Source of the DNA: an uncultured delta proteobacterium
GTDB lineage: Bacteria > Desulfobacterota > BSN033 > UBA1163
Length of the DNA: 64,000 nt
Direction: 5' to 3'
NCBI GenBank assembly: GCA_963828805.1
Contig: CAWHGS010000045.1
Location: 633-64,632 of the forward strand
Position 1 is the stretch's first letter, and each line of letters opens with the position of its first letter. Below are positions 53,364-62,910 of the stretch, piece after piece. Below the pieces are notes generated by a model. The model did no database searches and was not told where the DNA came from. It was given only the letters and a program-made list of their open reading frames with translations. Made by a program: the position numbers and the translations under genes.

Positions 53364-53548
53364 CCCTCCTCATTTTCTTTTAATATGCCCGGATACACCT
53401 CTCTCCTCAAGAGAAAAATCAACCCATTCGACTCCCCGGTCTGAAGCCCGGGGTATGCTCAGGGTTGATATGCCTCAGAGGTCTGACGAGCGGCGCTTTT
53501 TACCCCGATTTAAAAATCGGGGTTTGGCGCCGTCGAACGTATCAATCA

Positions 53549-54829
53549 TCAGACCTCACTCCCGAGCCTCTTTCCCTCCAGCCTCTGCTTCCTGCGGAGG
53601 AGCAGTTCGATTTCCTTCCAATGGCTCGGTGAAACCTGTCCCAGCGCCCGATCCACGTACGTGATCGCCTTGCCGAAATCCCTTAGACGATGCTCGTGAT
53701 ATTTCGCCAGTTCAACGAATGGAAAGGCATCTTTTTGATGGGGCCAGCTCATCATCTCTTCCCAGAGGGATCGCGCTTTCTCCCCCTGGCCGGTCTTCTT
53801 AAAGGCGAGGGAGAGCCACCGCATCGCCTCCCAGGCCAGATCATCATCGCACCGCTTGAGGGCAACCTCAAAACAGGGTATGGCCTTTTCCCGGAACCCA
53901 TGGTCCCAGAAGAGCCTTCCCAGAGAAAAATGTTCAATCCCTTTTCTGGGGCGCGCCGCCTGAGGATCATGGTAAACGAGGTGAATCCTTCCCATCAGGG
54001 CCACCATCGACAGAATATCCATCTGGTTGTGGTAAAAGACGCGGTGAATCTTGGTGGCGTCTCCGGTTTGAACGTATTCGAAATAGAGCTGTGGAATCCA
54101 TTCCGACGGGATATCATCCTGCCTCTCCATGCCCAAGAGTTTCGACTCAAGGGTGACCAGACGACAGTTCTCGTAGGCTCCCTTCCAGATCTTTCTCGAT
54201 GGAAAGAGGAGATCGAAATTGGGCATCTCCCGAATCCTGGAGTTCATTCTCGAAAGGATGAACCGGGTCTCGAGAAGGGGGATGTCATAATGCTTTCCGT
54301 TGAACGTTACCAGGAACTGAAAGGACTCGAGGAGTTCGTTGAGAAGGGAGAGGCATGCCCTCTCCTCCGAATAGTCCCTCATGAAGAGCTGGCGGATGAG
54401 AAACCCTCCGTCGCAAAAAAAACCCAGTCCCACCATGAAGACAAAGGTTCCTGTCCCGCCGGTCAGGCCGGTCGTCTCGGTATCAAGAAAAAGCGTCTTC
54501 CGGAGGTCGAGATCTTTAAACCTTTCATCTCTTGAGAGAAGATGGGCCGGATAGGTGGGGATGGCAAGAATTTCCCCCAGGGTCATTTCCCCATAACGGT
54601 GATGGGAAGGGAAATGCTCCTGAACCTGAAAGGCCTCGCCATGGGGGGTGGAAACGGATTCCCCTTTAACCAGTTGCTCAATGGGGCAGATTTCTCTTTT
54701 CCCATAGACCTTCCTGGGATCGAGGAGCCGATCCAGTTTCCCCCTCAACTCCTCAAGGACCTGAGTCCGCTCTTCCTCAACCGGCTTCGAAATAGAAGTG
54801 AGACGCTCCAGACGTTCTTTAAGGTTCAT
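53549..54829 (-). CDS. mrfB: RNase H-fold (DEDD-like) exonuclease with C-terminal TPR, MrfB/YprB-like
   Basis: The likely start is MNLKERLERL at 54829. The exonuclease motif is TLFLDTETTGLTG, followed by VTFNGKHYDIPLL, FYHNQMDIL and TPR-like helices at the C-terminus. It sits directly downstream of the DUF1998 helicase, as in B. subtilis yprA-yprB. Confidence 0.7.
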   Translation of the reverse strand: MNLKERLERLTSISKPVEEERTQVLEELRGKLDRLLDPRKVYGKREICPIEQLVKGESVSTPHGEAFQVQEHFPSHHRYGEMTLGEILAIPTYPAHLLSRDERFKDLDLRKTLFLDTETTGLTGGTGTFVFMVGLGFFCDGGFLIRQLFMRDYSEERACLSLLNELLESFQFLVTFNGKHYDIPLLETRFILSRMNSRIREMPNFDLLFPSRKIWKGAYENCRLVTLESKLLGMERQDDIPSEWIPQLYFEYVQTGDATKIHRVFYHNQMDILSMVALMGRIHLVYHDPQAARPRKGIEHFSLGRLFWDHGFREKAIPCFEVALKRCDDDLAWEAMRWLSLAFKKTGQGEKARSLWEEMMSWPHQKDAFPFVELAKYHEHRLRDFGKAITYVDRALGQVSPSHWKEIELLLRRKQRLEGKRLGSEV

Positions 54830-54957
54830 CACAATCCAACAAATTCGAAATTCGAATATCGGGCGAAGCGTCCGCCCAGGACCAATTCGAAACAATCACC
54901 AACATTTCAAATGTTTTGTCAATTTAGCATTTTGAAATCAGAATCCGATTGCCTTTT

Positions 54958-55017
54958 TGTAGGGCGTGATCCCCGATCACGCCGTTGCTCTGGTGCGTTC
55001 GGGGAACGCACCCTACA
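54958..55017. repeat. Double-hairpin palindromic element in the mrfA-mrfB spacer
   Basis: The structure is TGTAG [GGCGTGATC-ccc-GATCACGCC] gttgctct [GGTGCGTTC-ggg-GAACGCACC] CTACA. It has two perfect 9-bp stems closed by a 5-bp outer stem. It is flanked by TTCGAAATTCGAAT / TTCGGATTTCGTGCTTCGGATTT-type short repeats. Confidence 0.65.
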
Positions 55018-55126
55018 TGAGATGGCCATAATGCTTTCTTTGTCCTGAACAAAACGGTTTTGAATTTCCAATTTTAGACATTCGATTTTGTTCGAGTTTC
55101 GGATTTCGTGCTTCGGATTTAAGCCC

Positions 55127-57479
55127 TTATTTTAGTATTTCTCTGAGCAGTGCCAGCGCCACCTCTTTTGACTTTTCCCCGACCTCTTTGGTGGGACCCA
55201 CACAGGAAGGGCAGCCGGAGCGGCATCCGCACTTCGCGATCAGCCTGTGAGCCTTTTCAAGAAGGGGGCGGGTATCATCGAAGAGTTGGTGGCTGAATCC
55301 GATCCCTCCCGGATAATTGTCGTAGAGGAAAAGGGTGGGCTCGAAAACTTCCAGTTTCTCCTTCGGAATCTCTTCAGGTGAATCGAAGGAGGAGTAAATC
55401 CCTTTGGAGCCCCTGGAGAGCCGGAGGAACCACTTCGCGCCCCGGTCTCCAACGCAGCGGTTGAGGTCGTGGGGATCGCACATCAGGTGAAGGGCTGCGA
55501 CGGAATGAAGGGCGTATCCCAGTCCAAGAACGCCATCAATGACTTCTAACCGAAGATAGGGAAAGCGGTCCACGAACTCCTTTCTGAAGGTGATCCAGTA
55601 GGAAGTGGTGTGGAATTGAAGGTCCGGAAGCTCGATTTTTCCATAACCCAGGTTTTCAAGGGTATAAAACTTGATCTTCTTGTATCCCACCACACGGGTC
55701 ACGACCCTCACCTCTCCATGTTCGTATACCAAACCTTCTCCAGCCTTTCTTTCAAAGCCCTCCAGAATGGAGACATCGGTATAATCGATCGCATCCGTGT
55801 AGTAGTCCCCAGGGGTCTTTTTGACGTAGGCTCTCCGGTTGGGATAGTCGAGTTTCTCAACCGCATAGAGTTCCGACTCGCAGAGATAAACCGCGCCTTC
55901 ATAAAGGGTGGTATGAGCGCTCGTGAAGTCCACCTCTGCAATCACTACTTCCTTCCGTTGGGTGGCATCCACGACAACGAAATTCTCTTCTGAAATCGAA
56001 CGGAGGCTCACCTTCTCGGCGGGGTAGGCGTCCCGGGTCCAGTACCAGTGCTGGTCTGCATGATGAAGGGCCCCTTTCTCTTCGAGATAGGTGAGGATCT
56101 CATCGAGATTCTCCCGGCCAAACTTCTCCCCATCCCTGAAGGGAAGCTCAAAGGAAGCGCACTGGATGTGGCTGAGCAGAATGAGGAGGTTGTCCGGATT
56201 GATGAGCCCATGCTCGGGAGGCTGGCCAAAGAAATAGTCCGGGTTCTCAATGATGAACTGATCGAGGGGCTGACTCCTGGCGACGAGCACGGCCACCGAC
56301 CTCTCGGACCGCCTTCCGACTCTTCCTGCCTGCTGGTAGGTGCTGGCAATCGTACCCGGATAACCGGCGATCACGCAGGCATCGAGGTCTCCGATGTCGA
56401 TCCCCAGCTCAAGGGCATTGGTGGAAACGACGGCCTTGACCTGCTTATCCCTTAACCCCCTCTCAATCTCCCGGCGTACTTCGGGAAGGTAACCCCCGCG
56501 ATACCCTCGGATCTTTCCCTTCTCTTCCAGCCGCTTCTCGAACCGGTCCTTGAGATATTTGGTCAACACTTCGACATAGAGTCGGCTCGTCGTAAAAAGG
56601 ATCGTCTGGATCCCTTCCTTAATGAAGGGGGAAGCTAAGCGTCTGGCTGCGCGGATATGGTTCGCCCGGATCCCCAGCTCCTTGTTGACCAGCGGCGGGT
56701 TGTAAAAGATGAACACTTTTCTCCGAGGAAGGAGAACCGCTCTGATCGATCAGAGTCACCTCTCTTTCCAGAAGTTTTTCAGCCAGATCCTTCGGATTGG
56801 CAATCGTTGCAGAGCAACAGATGAATTGAGGTGCCGAGCCGTAAAAACGGCACACCCGGTCCAATCGCCTCAGGACATTGGCCATATGGGAGCCGAAAAT
56901 CCCCCGGTAGGAATGGAGCTCATCAATCACCACAAATCTGAGGTTCTGAAAAAAGGAGAGCCATTTCGTGTGGTGCGGGAGAATCGCGGTATGAAGCATA
57001 TCCGGGTTGGTGATGACAATGTCCCCCTGGCTGCGGATCGCTGCCCGGGCCTCATGAGGAGTATCCCCGTCATAGGTAAAGGTTGCCGCTGATTCGCCGG
57101 TTCGCCGGATCAATCCCTGGAGCTCGACCATCTGGTCCTGAGAAAGGGCCTTCGTGGGAAAAAGATAGAGGGCCTTCGAACCAGGCACGGTCAGTTTTGA
57201 ATGGAGTACCGGAAGGTTGTAGCAGAGGGTCTTCCCGGAGGCAGTCGGAGTCACGATCACCACATTTTCCCCATGGTGAATCGCTCTCATCGCTTCGGCC
57301 TGGTGGGAATAGAGACGCTCGATCCCTGCCTCTTCGATCGCCTTCTTCAGGGAAGGATGAAGAAATTCCGGGAAGGGACTGTACTTCCCCTCTTTTTTCT
57401 TAAATACCCGAACGTCCGTGATGCAGCGAGAGGTGGCCCGGGATCGTCTCCAGGACTGGATGATTTCCTCAATCGACAT
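55127..57479 (-). pseudogene. mrfA: DEAD/DEAH-box helicase with C-terminal DUF1998 (MrfA/YprA-like), one frameshift in a T4/A4 run
   Basis: Walker A is VIVTPTASGKTLCY, the DExH box is VVIDELHSYRG, and the later helicase motifs are AGYPGTIASTYQQAGRVGRR. The DUF1998 four-Cys cluster is CGCRSGCPSCVG. ORFs 56619-57479 and 55127-56716 rejoin at the run 56717-56720. Confidence 0.8.
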
Positions 57480-57498
57480 TCAAAAGCTCCTAAGGCTC

Positions 57499-58635
57499 TT
57501 ATATCTCTCCCTTTCGATACGCCTTCATAAAGGCCGCCACCACTTTACGATCAAACTGTGAACCCGCGCAGCGCTTCAATTCCTGAACGGCGGCTCCCTT
57601 CGTCAAGGCCGTCCGGTAGGGACGGTCCGTAGTCATGGCATCATACGTATCGGAAACGGACACAATCTTTGCAAGAAAAGGGATATCCTCGCCTTTCAAC
57701 CCGTTCGGGTAGCCCCGTCCGTCCACATGTTCATGGTGATATTTCACTCCTGGGATGATCTCTTTGAGTTGTCGAATGTGCTCAATGATTTCCGCTCCCA
57801 GATCGGAATGGTGCTTGATCACATCGTACTCTTCAGGGCTGAGCTGAGCCGGTTTTTTCAGGATCTGGTCCTCAATCCCAATCTTTCCAATATCATGGAG
57901 GACTGCGGCAATTTTAAGCCATTTCTTCTCGAGTGGACTCATCGGAAGGTACCGGGCAATGGCGAGGCTGTAAAGGGTCACCCTTTGCGTGTGGCCCCCA
58001 GTGTAAGGATCTCTTTTTTCAATCGCATTGGCCAGAGATTCGGCTGTTTGAAAGAACATCTCCTCTTGTTCCTGATAGAGCCGAGAGTTATCCAGGGCAA
58101 TAGCCACCTGGTCTGCCAAGGAGGCAAAAAGGGAGAGATCCTCCTCGTCAAAATCGGCTCCGTCCCGTTTATTGATCGCTTCCAAAACTCCTATCACCTT
58201 CTTCTTCACCTTGACCGGAACACAGATCAGATTCCGTGTCTTAAAGTGTGTTATTCTGTCCATCGCTTTATAAAAACGGGCATCCCTTTCAGGTTGGTTC
58301 ACAATGAGAGGTTTTCCCTTCTGGGCAACCCAGCCGGCAATCCCTTCGCCTATGTTGAGGGTGGTCGTTTTTACAGCGTCCCCCTTATCTCCCAGGGCCA
58401 CCTCGAAGTAGAGTTTTTCCCTCTTTTCATCGATCAGGAGAAGGGACCCCACCTGGGCCTTCATGAGTTGGGTCGCTGATTCCATCGCCCTTTTCCGAAC
58501 CTCCTGCTGCTCCAGCGAGGAATTGAGGATTTGACTCAGTCGGGAAAGGAGTGCAAGTCTCTCAACCTTGTCCTCGATCCGCTTCAGCTTGGACGTCCAC
58601 TTTTCTAAATCGATTCCCTTCAGCACCCGTTTCAT
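57499..58635 (-). CDS. GAF + HD-GYP domain protein (probable c-di-GMP phosphodiesterase)
   Basis: The GAF part reads ILNSSLEQQEVRKRAMESATQLMKAQVGSLLLID..IGVLEAINK. The HD-GYP part reads AAVLHDIGKIGI and HHEHVDGRGYPNGL. Confidence 0.85.
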   Translation of the reverse strand: MKRVLKGIDLEKWTSKLKRIEDKVERLALLSRLSQILNSSLEQQEVRKRAMESATQLMKAQVGSLLLIDEKREKLYFEVALGDKGDAVKTTTLNIGEGIAGWVAQKGKPLIVNQPERDARFYKAMDRITHFKTRNLICVPVKVKKKVIGVLEAINKRDGADFDEEDLSLFASLADQVAIALDNSRLYQEQEEMFFQTAESLANAIEKRDPYTGGHTQRVTLYSLAIARYLPMSPLEKKWLKIAAVLHDIGKIGIEDQILKKPAQLSPEEYDVIKHHSDLGAEIIEHIRQLKEIIPGVKYHHEHVDGRGYPNGLKGEDIPFLAKIVSVSDTYDAMTTDRPYRTALTKGAAVQELKRCAGSQFDRKVVAAFMKAYRKGEI

Positions 58636-58815
58636 CCCTTTTTACTCTCCTTAGAGGGGGTTAACCAATTTCGTTTTCTTTGTCAACCCTTTAGCAGGGT
58701 TCTCCCTCACTGGTAAGGTCGGCAACCCGCATCGCCTTGCTCTCTTTAAGCCAAGGAGGCATAATTCAAGTACTGAATATTTTAAACTCTTTATCGTCTA
58801 ACAGGGTAAGATGCA

Positions 58816-59385
58816 GTGGAGCACGATGAGGCAGAATTAATTTCCGGCTGTCAACAAGGCGATCAAGAGGCCTTAAGGGAGGTCTTTGAGCGGTACCATA
58901 AGAAGGTTTATCGGGTTGCCTACGGGGTGCTGAGACAAAGAGAGGAAGCGCTTGATATTGTTCAGGAAGTCTTCATCAAACTTTTCAGATCCATAAAGAA
59001 TTTTAAAGGGGAATCCCGTCTCTCGACTTATCTCCATCGCATGGCAGTCAATACAGCGATCGACCATGTTCGAAAAGCGGGAAAACCTATCATTTCAAGC
59101 CTTGAGGAGAAAGAAGGGTTCCAACCCGCTGAAGCAGCGGAAAATAGACCGGATCGCATCTTTCTCTACAAGGAACTGGAAGGAAAGGTCAACGAGGCCT
59201 TGAGCGAAATCCCTGTCGACCAAAGGACGGCTCTCGTTTTGAGAGAAGTTGAGGGCCTCTCTTATCAGGAAATAGCGGAATCGATGGGATGTTCCATGGG
59301 AACGGTCATGTCACGCCTCCATTATGGGAGGAAAAGATTGCAGGATTTGCTTAAGGGCTATATCAAGCGGGAGACTTCAAGATGA
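58816..59385 (+). CDS. ECF (group 4) sigma-70 family factor
   Basis: GTG start. Region 2 reads FERYHKKVYRVAYGVLRQREEALDIVQEVFIK. Region 4 reads LSYQEIAESMGCSMGTVMSRLHYGRKRL. Confidence 0.85.
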   Translation: MEHDEAELISGCQQGDQEALREVFERYHKKVYRVAYGVLRQREEALDIVQEVFIKLFRSIKNFKGESRLSTYLHRMAVNTAIDHVRKAGKPIISSLEEKEGFQPAEAAENRPDRIFLYKELEGKVNEALSEIPVDQRTALVLREVEGLSYQEIAESMGCSMGTVMSRLHYGRKRLQDLLKGYIKRETSR

Positions 59386-59891
59386 ACGGATCCTGTCCTT
59401 CCGAACTTCTGGAAAGATATTTCGATCACGAGGTTACCGAGGAAGAAAAAAACCTTGTGGAAGGTCATCTCTCTCATTGTCAGATCTGTGAGGATGCCCT
59501 GAAGGCCATGGATGGGCTCAGACACCTGATCAAAGACCCCGTTGATGAGCTTGAGCGGAAAGAGAATTTCTACCGGGTCTGGCAGGGGATCGAAAGGGGA
59601 ATCCAACAGGAAGAAAAGCTCGCATGGAAGGAATCCCTGAGGCGCTGGTTTGACGTTTCACCGATGCTTCGGAAGAGAGTCTGGATCCCTGCTGCGGCTG
59701 CGATCGTTGCGGTAGTTCTCAGCATGACTCCTTTCCTTTTTAAGAAGGCCCCTTCCTCTTCGGACCTATCTGTTGTAGAATATGTCGAAAGTCAATCCCA
59801 CAATGTGATGGTTTACGAATTGGAGAAGGGGGACGTGACGGTCATATGGCTCCTTGAGGAACCGGAAAAGGAGGACTCAATCAAATCTTGA
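59382..59891 (+). CDS. Anti-sigma factor (zf-HC2, single TM)
   Basis: There is a 4-nt overlap with the sigma gene. The zinc motif is HLSHCQICEDAL and the TM helix is VWIPAAAAIVAVVLSMTPFLF. Confidence 0.75.
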   Translation: MNGSCPSELLERYFDHEVTEEEKNLVEGHLSHCQICEDALKAMDGLRHLIKDPVDELERKENFYRVWQGIERGIQQEEKLAWKESLRRWFDVSPMLRKRVWIPAAAAIVAVVLSMTPFLFKKAPSSSDLSVVEYVESQSHNVMVYELEKGDVTVIWLLEEPEKEDSIKS

Positions 59892-60343
59892 AAAGAACGG
59901 CCTCTCTTCCCTTTGTTGCTCTTATCCTGTTTCTCCTTTCCGCCTCCGTAGCCTTTTCCGAGGTACCGATCCGGGTCAGAATCATTCAGGCCTCAAATGT
60001 CAGATCCGGCGCCGATCCCGTATTCGTCGATCGTGCCCTGAAGGATATTTACAGGGAACTGGGAACTCTTTTCAGCTTCAACTCTTATCGCCTCCTGCAA
60101 GAGATGAACCTGAATCTTACGGGCAACCGAGCGGTTGATGTCATTGTCCACCCGGGCAGATCCATGGAGATCACTCTTGTTGGAGAATACAGGAACCTGG
60201 TTGAATTACGCATCCGGGTCAAACGGGAAGGATCTTCGATTCTCATTACCCACGTAAGGCTCGCATCGGGAAGGACCATCCTCATTGGAGGCCCGAGGCA
60301 TGGCGAAGGTGCCATCATTTTTGCCATCTCCGGCCGCTTCTGA
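59888..60343 (+). CDS. Secreted hypothetical protein co-transcribed with the sigma/anti-sigma pair
   Basis: There is a 4-nt overlap with the anti-sigma gene. The signal peptide is MKRTASLPFVALILFLLSASVAFS. No family is recognised. Confidence 0.55.
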   Translation: MKRTASLPFVALILFLLSASVAFSEVPIRVRIIQASNVRSGADPVFVDRALKDIYRELGTLFSFNSYRLLQEMNLNLTGNRAVDVIVHPGRSMEITLVGEYRNLVELRIRVKREGSSILITHVRLASGRTILIGGPRHGEGAIIFAISGRF

Positions 60344-60433
60344 CCAAATCTAGCTCTCAGACAATATCGGTCTAAAATCGATTCTATGTAATAGCAACCT
60401 CAAAACACTAAAAATTCACCCTACAGCATGCAT

Positions 60434-61240
60434 CTAAAATTTTTGGTATATTTTTTCCTTTGGGAAGATCGGCACAAACAGGGTGGGATAAGTGAAAGGA
60501 AGCAACTCCTCTTTGCCAATGACCAGATACCCTTTCTCCTTTAAGCTGCCGGCAATCCTTTTCAATGCGTCGTTCTGGGATTCTTTCGAAAAATAGGTAA
60601 AGGCGCAGTTTCGGCAGAGGAGAATGTCCGTTTCGGGAAAAGGTTCATCCCGAAAGATATTGTGTCTCCTGAAATCCACGCTCTCCCTTATTTTCCGGTC
60701 GAGAACATAAATCCCATTTCGGGGCTCAAAGTACTTTCTCCGGACCCCCTCGGGCACCTCCTTCAGGCTGCTTTCCTTGTAGCGCCCATCTTTTGCCCTT
60801 TCGAGAAGGGATCCGTTGATATCTGTGGCGATGATGGTGAGTCGAGTCGCAGCATGATCTTTTTCAAATGCCTCCTTCCAGAGCAAGGAAAGGCTGTAGG
60901 GCTCTTCGCCGCTGGCGCATCCGATCGACCCTATTTTCAATTCCTTCTTATCCCTTGCCTTGAGAAGACTTGGAATGAGTGTCGTCTCAAGAATCTTAAA
61001 GATCTCACGATCTCTGAAAAATCTCGAAATCGTCACGGTCAGGATCTGAGAAAGATGGGCCTCCTCTTCAGGGTGGTGGTCGATCTCTTGCAGGTACTGT
61101 TCGAGACTCGACAAACCGATTTCAGCGATTCTTCGTTCAAGCCTCCGCTTTATCCCATCCTTTCTGAGGGGTTTCCATTGAAGGCCAACGCGCGGAGCAA
61201 CCTCTTTCAGAAACTGATCAAACTCCATGACGCTTCTCAA
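60434..61240 (-). CDS. Orphan CheR-type SAM-dependent methyltransferase
   Basis: The motifs are TISRFFRDREIF, LKIGSIGCASGEEPYSLSLL, IIATDIN and ILLCRNCAFTYF..GYLVIG. There is no TPR, and no adjacent che genes. Confidence 0.8.
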   Translation of the reverse strand: MRSVMEFDQFLKEVAPRVGLQWKPLRKDGIKRRLERRIAEIGLSSLEQYLQEIDHHPEEEAHLSQILTVTISRFFRDREIFKILETTLIPSLLKARDKKELKIGSIGCASGEEPYSLSLLWKEAFEKDHAATRLTIIATDINGSLLERAKDGRYKESSLKEVPEGVRRKYFEPRNGIYVLDRKIRESVDFRRHNIFRDEPFPETDILLCRNCAFTYFSKESQNDALKRIAGSLKEKGYLVIGKEELLPFTYPTLFVPIFPKEKIYQKF

Positions 61241-61730
61241 AGTCCAACAACTGCTGTTTCACCTTGACCCCGTGGCCAAAGCCGCCCAGGCCTCCGTTAC
61301 TCTCAATGACCCGGTGGCAGGGAAGGATGATCGGGATCGGGTTCGACCCGTTGGCATTCCCCACGGCCCGGAAGGCGTTGGGATGGCCGATCGATTTTGC
61401 TATATCTCGATAGGATCTTGTGCTCCCATAAGGGATCTTTGCCAGCGCTGTCCAGACCTTTCTCTGGAACGGTGTTCCCCGGAGGTCCAGGGAACAATCA
61501 AACCGCTTTAGCTTCCCCATGAGATACCGTTTTATCTGAGAAAGCGCCTTTCCGTTCTTACGATCGTCCCGGATGATCTCACCCGGGATAAGGCTCTTTA
61601 ATTCCTTCAGGAAGGCCTTTTCAGAGGTAAGAAAATCGACCATACATAACCCTTTTGTTGTTGATGCAACAAAAACGTTCTTCAAAAATGGGGAATAGAA
61701 TGAAGCATAGTAAATTTTTTCCATAAGCAC
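61218..61730 (-). CDS. ogt: Methylated-DNA--protein-cysteine methyltransferase (Ogt/MGMT)
   Basis: The sequence TPFQRKVWTALAKIPYGSTRSYRDIA..NANGSNPIPIILPCHRVI contains the PCHR active site. Its 3' end overlaps the CheR-like start by 23 nt. Confidence 0.9.
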   Translation of the reverse strand: MLMEKIYYASFYSPFLKNVFVASTTKGLCMVDFLTSEKAFLKELKSLIPGEIIRDDRKNGKALSQIKRYLMGKLKRFDCSLDLRGTPFQRKVWTALAKIPYGSTRSYRDIAKSIGHPNAFRAVGNANGSNPIPIILPCHRVIESNGGLGGFGHGVKVKQQLLDFEKRHGV

Positions 61731-61837
61731 CTCCGTTCAATGTTTTTATTGAGCCACAATGAAACCGGCTCCAAATCTCATTGTAAATTTCAGACGTCAT
61801 CCTGAACTCGGGTCCAGTTAGGAATGGTTGAATCTGC

Positions 61838-62896
61838 TCAGCTTGAGTCGATTTTCAAGATTATATCCTGATGGTAGCCGAATAAGGCTGCTTTCACCAG
61901 GCCCACGGGGCCGGTCATCATTGTGTTTCCCCCTGGAGCAGCATAGGCAAACCTCATCGAAGTCTTTTTGAATAGATCCCGGTTTGGACCCGTCACAATC
62001 ACCGAAATCTCTCCGTCATAGGGTTTCAGGGTAATCGTCCCGTGGCCGCTCTCCTCGTAGACCCTGTCGCTCCTCAATTCGCCCTTGACAAAGAGGCCCA
62101 GTTCTTCTTCCAATTTTTCAGGAGTCAGCGCGTGGGTATGGTGTTCATAGAGGCCCTCGATCTTTCTCTCCAGGAGCAAAGCCGCCATCGTATGACCGTT
62201 GCCCACATTCACAACCAGGGAGGGGCCTTGGGTTTCATCCAGACATCCCAGAATAGCAGAGAAAGCAGTATCCATGACCAGGACGGGAGCAGACGAAACT
62301 GCTCTGATCGCACGGACCGCCGACCTCATCCGAAGGTAATATTCCGGAATCTCATCCTCTAAGAAATGAAATGTCTCAGGACGATTATCTCTCCGTAGCT
62401 GGGCCTCCATCTTTTCGAAGCGAAAAATCCGGTCCGATACTCCCTGGGGTGAAACCCCATGATCCTGGACTGCAATGGCAATAATGACGTCCGTGCCGAG
62501 ATCTTCTCCAAACCGAGAAAGGAAATGTTGGAGCAAGCGGAGATCGATCTCTCGAATCTCGAAAACCTGGAAAGAATTGTCCTGGGGCTTATCCCCTACC
62601 CCGATCCCCATGGATCTCACCTCGTCCAGGTCATTCCGAATGGAGTAGGCTGCCGACTCTTCCATGACCACACGGTATCCCTTCTGCAGGTGCTGAAGGA
62701 TGGCTCTTGTGAGGGACCCGCCCCCGATGGTATCGCCCTGAATATAAACATCGCCCTTGAGAGCACTCAATCTTTTTGCAAAGATCCTGGATGGAGTGGG
62801 AAGGACGAGGCTCGTACAGTTCTCGATATTTTTCTCGGTGTCGAAAAGGAGGATATCCTGGGTTCCGGCCCCAATGTCAATGGCAAGGATTCGCAT
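61838..62896 (-). CDS. ASKHA-fold (actin/sugar-kinase-like) ATPase-like protein, DUF1786-like (family name from memory)
   Basis: The N-terminal phosphate-1 motif is MRILAIDIGAGTQDILLFD. A second Gly-rich block reads VVNVGNGHTMAAL, and GGNTMMTGPVGL lies near the C-terminus. Confidence 0.5.
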   Translation of the reverse strand: MRILAIDIGAGTQDILLFDTEKNIENCTSLVLPTPSRIFAKRLSALKGDVYIQGDTIGGGSLTRAILQHLQKGYRVVMEESAAYSIRNDLDEVRSMGIGVGDKPQDNSFQVFEIREIDLRLLQHFLSRFGEDLGTDVIIAIAVQDHGVSPQGVSDRIFRFEKMEAQLRRDNRPETFHFLEDEIPEYYLRMRSAVRAIRAVSSAPVLVMDTAFSAILGCLDETQGPSLVVNVGNGHTMAALLLERKIEGLYEHHTHALTPEKLEEELGLFVKGELRSDRVYEESGHGTITLKPYDGEISVIVTGPNRDLFKKTSMRFAYAAPGGNTMMTGPVGLVKAALFGYHQDIILKIDSS

Positions 62897-62910
62897 AACT
62901 CCCTACAGTG

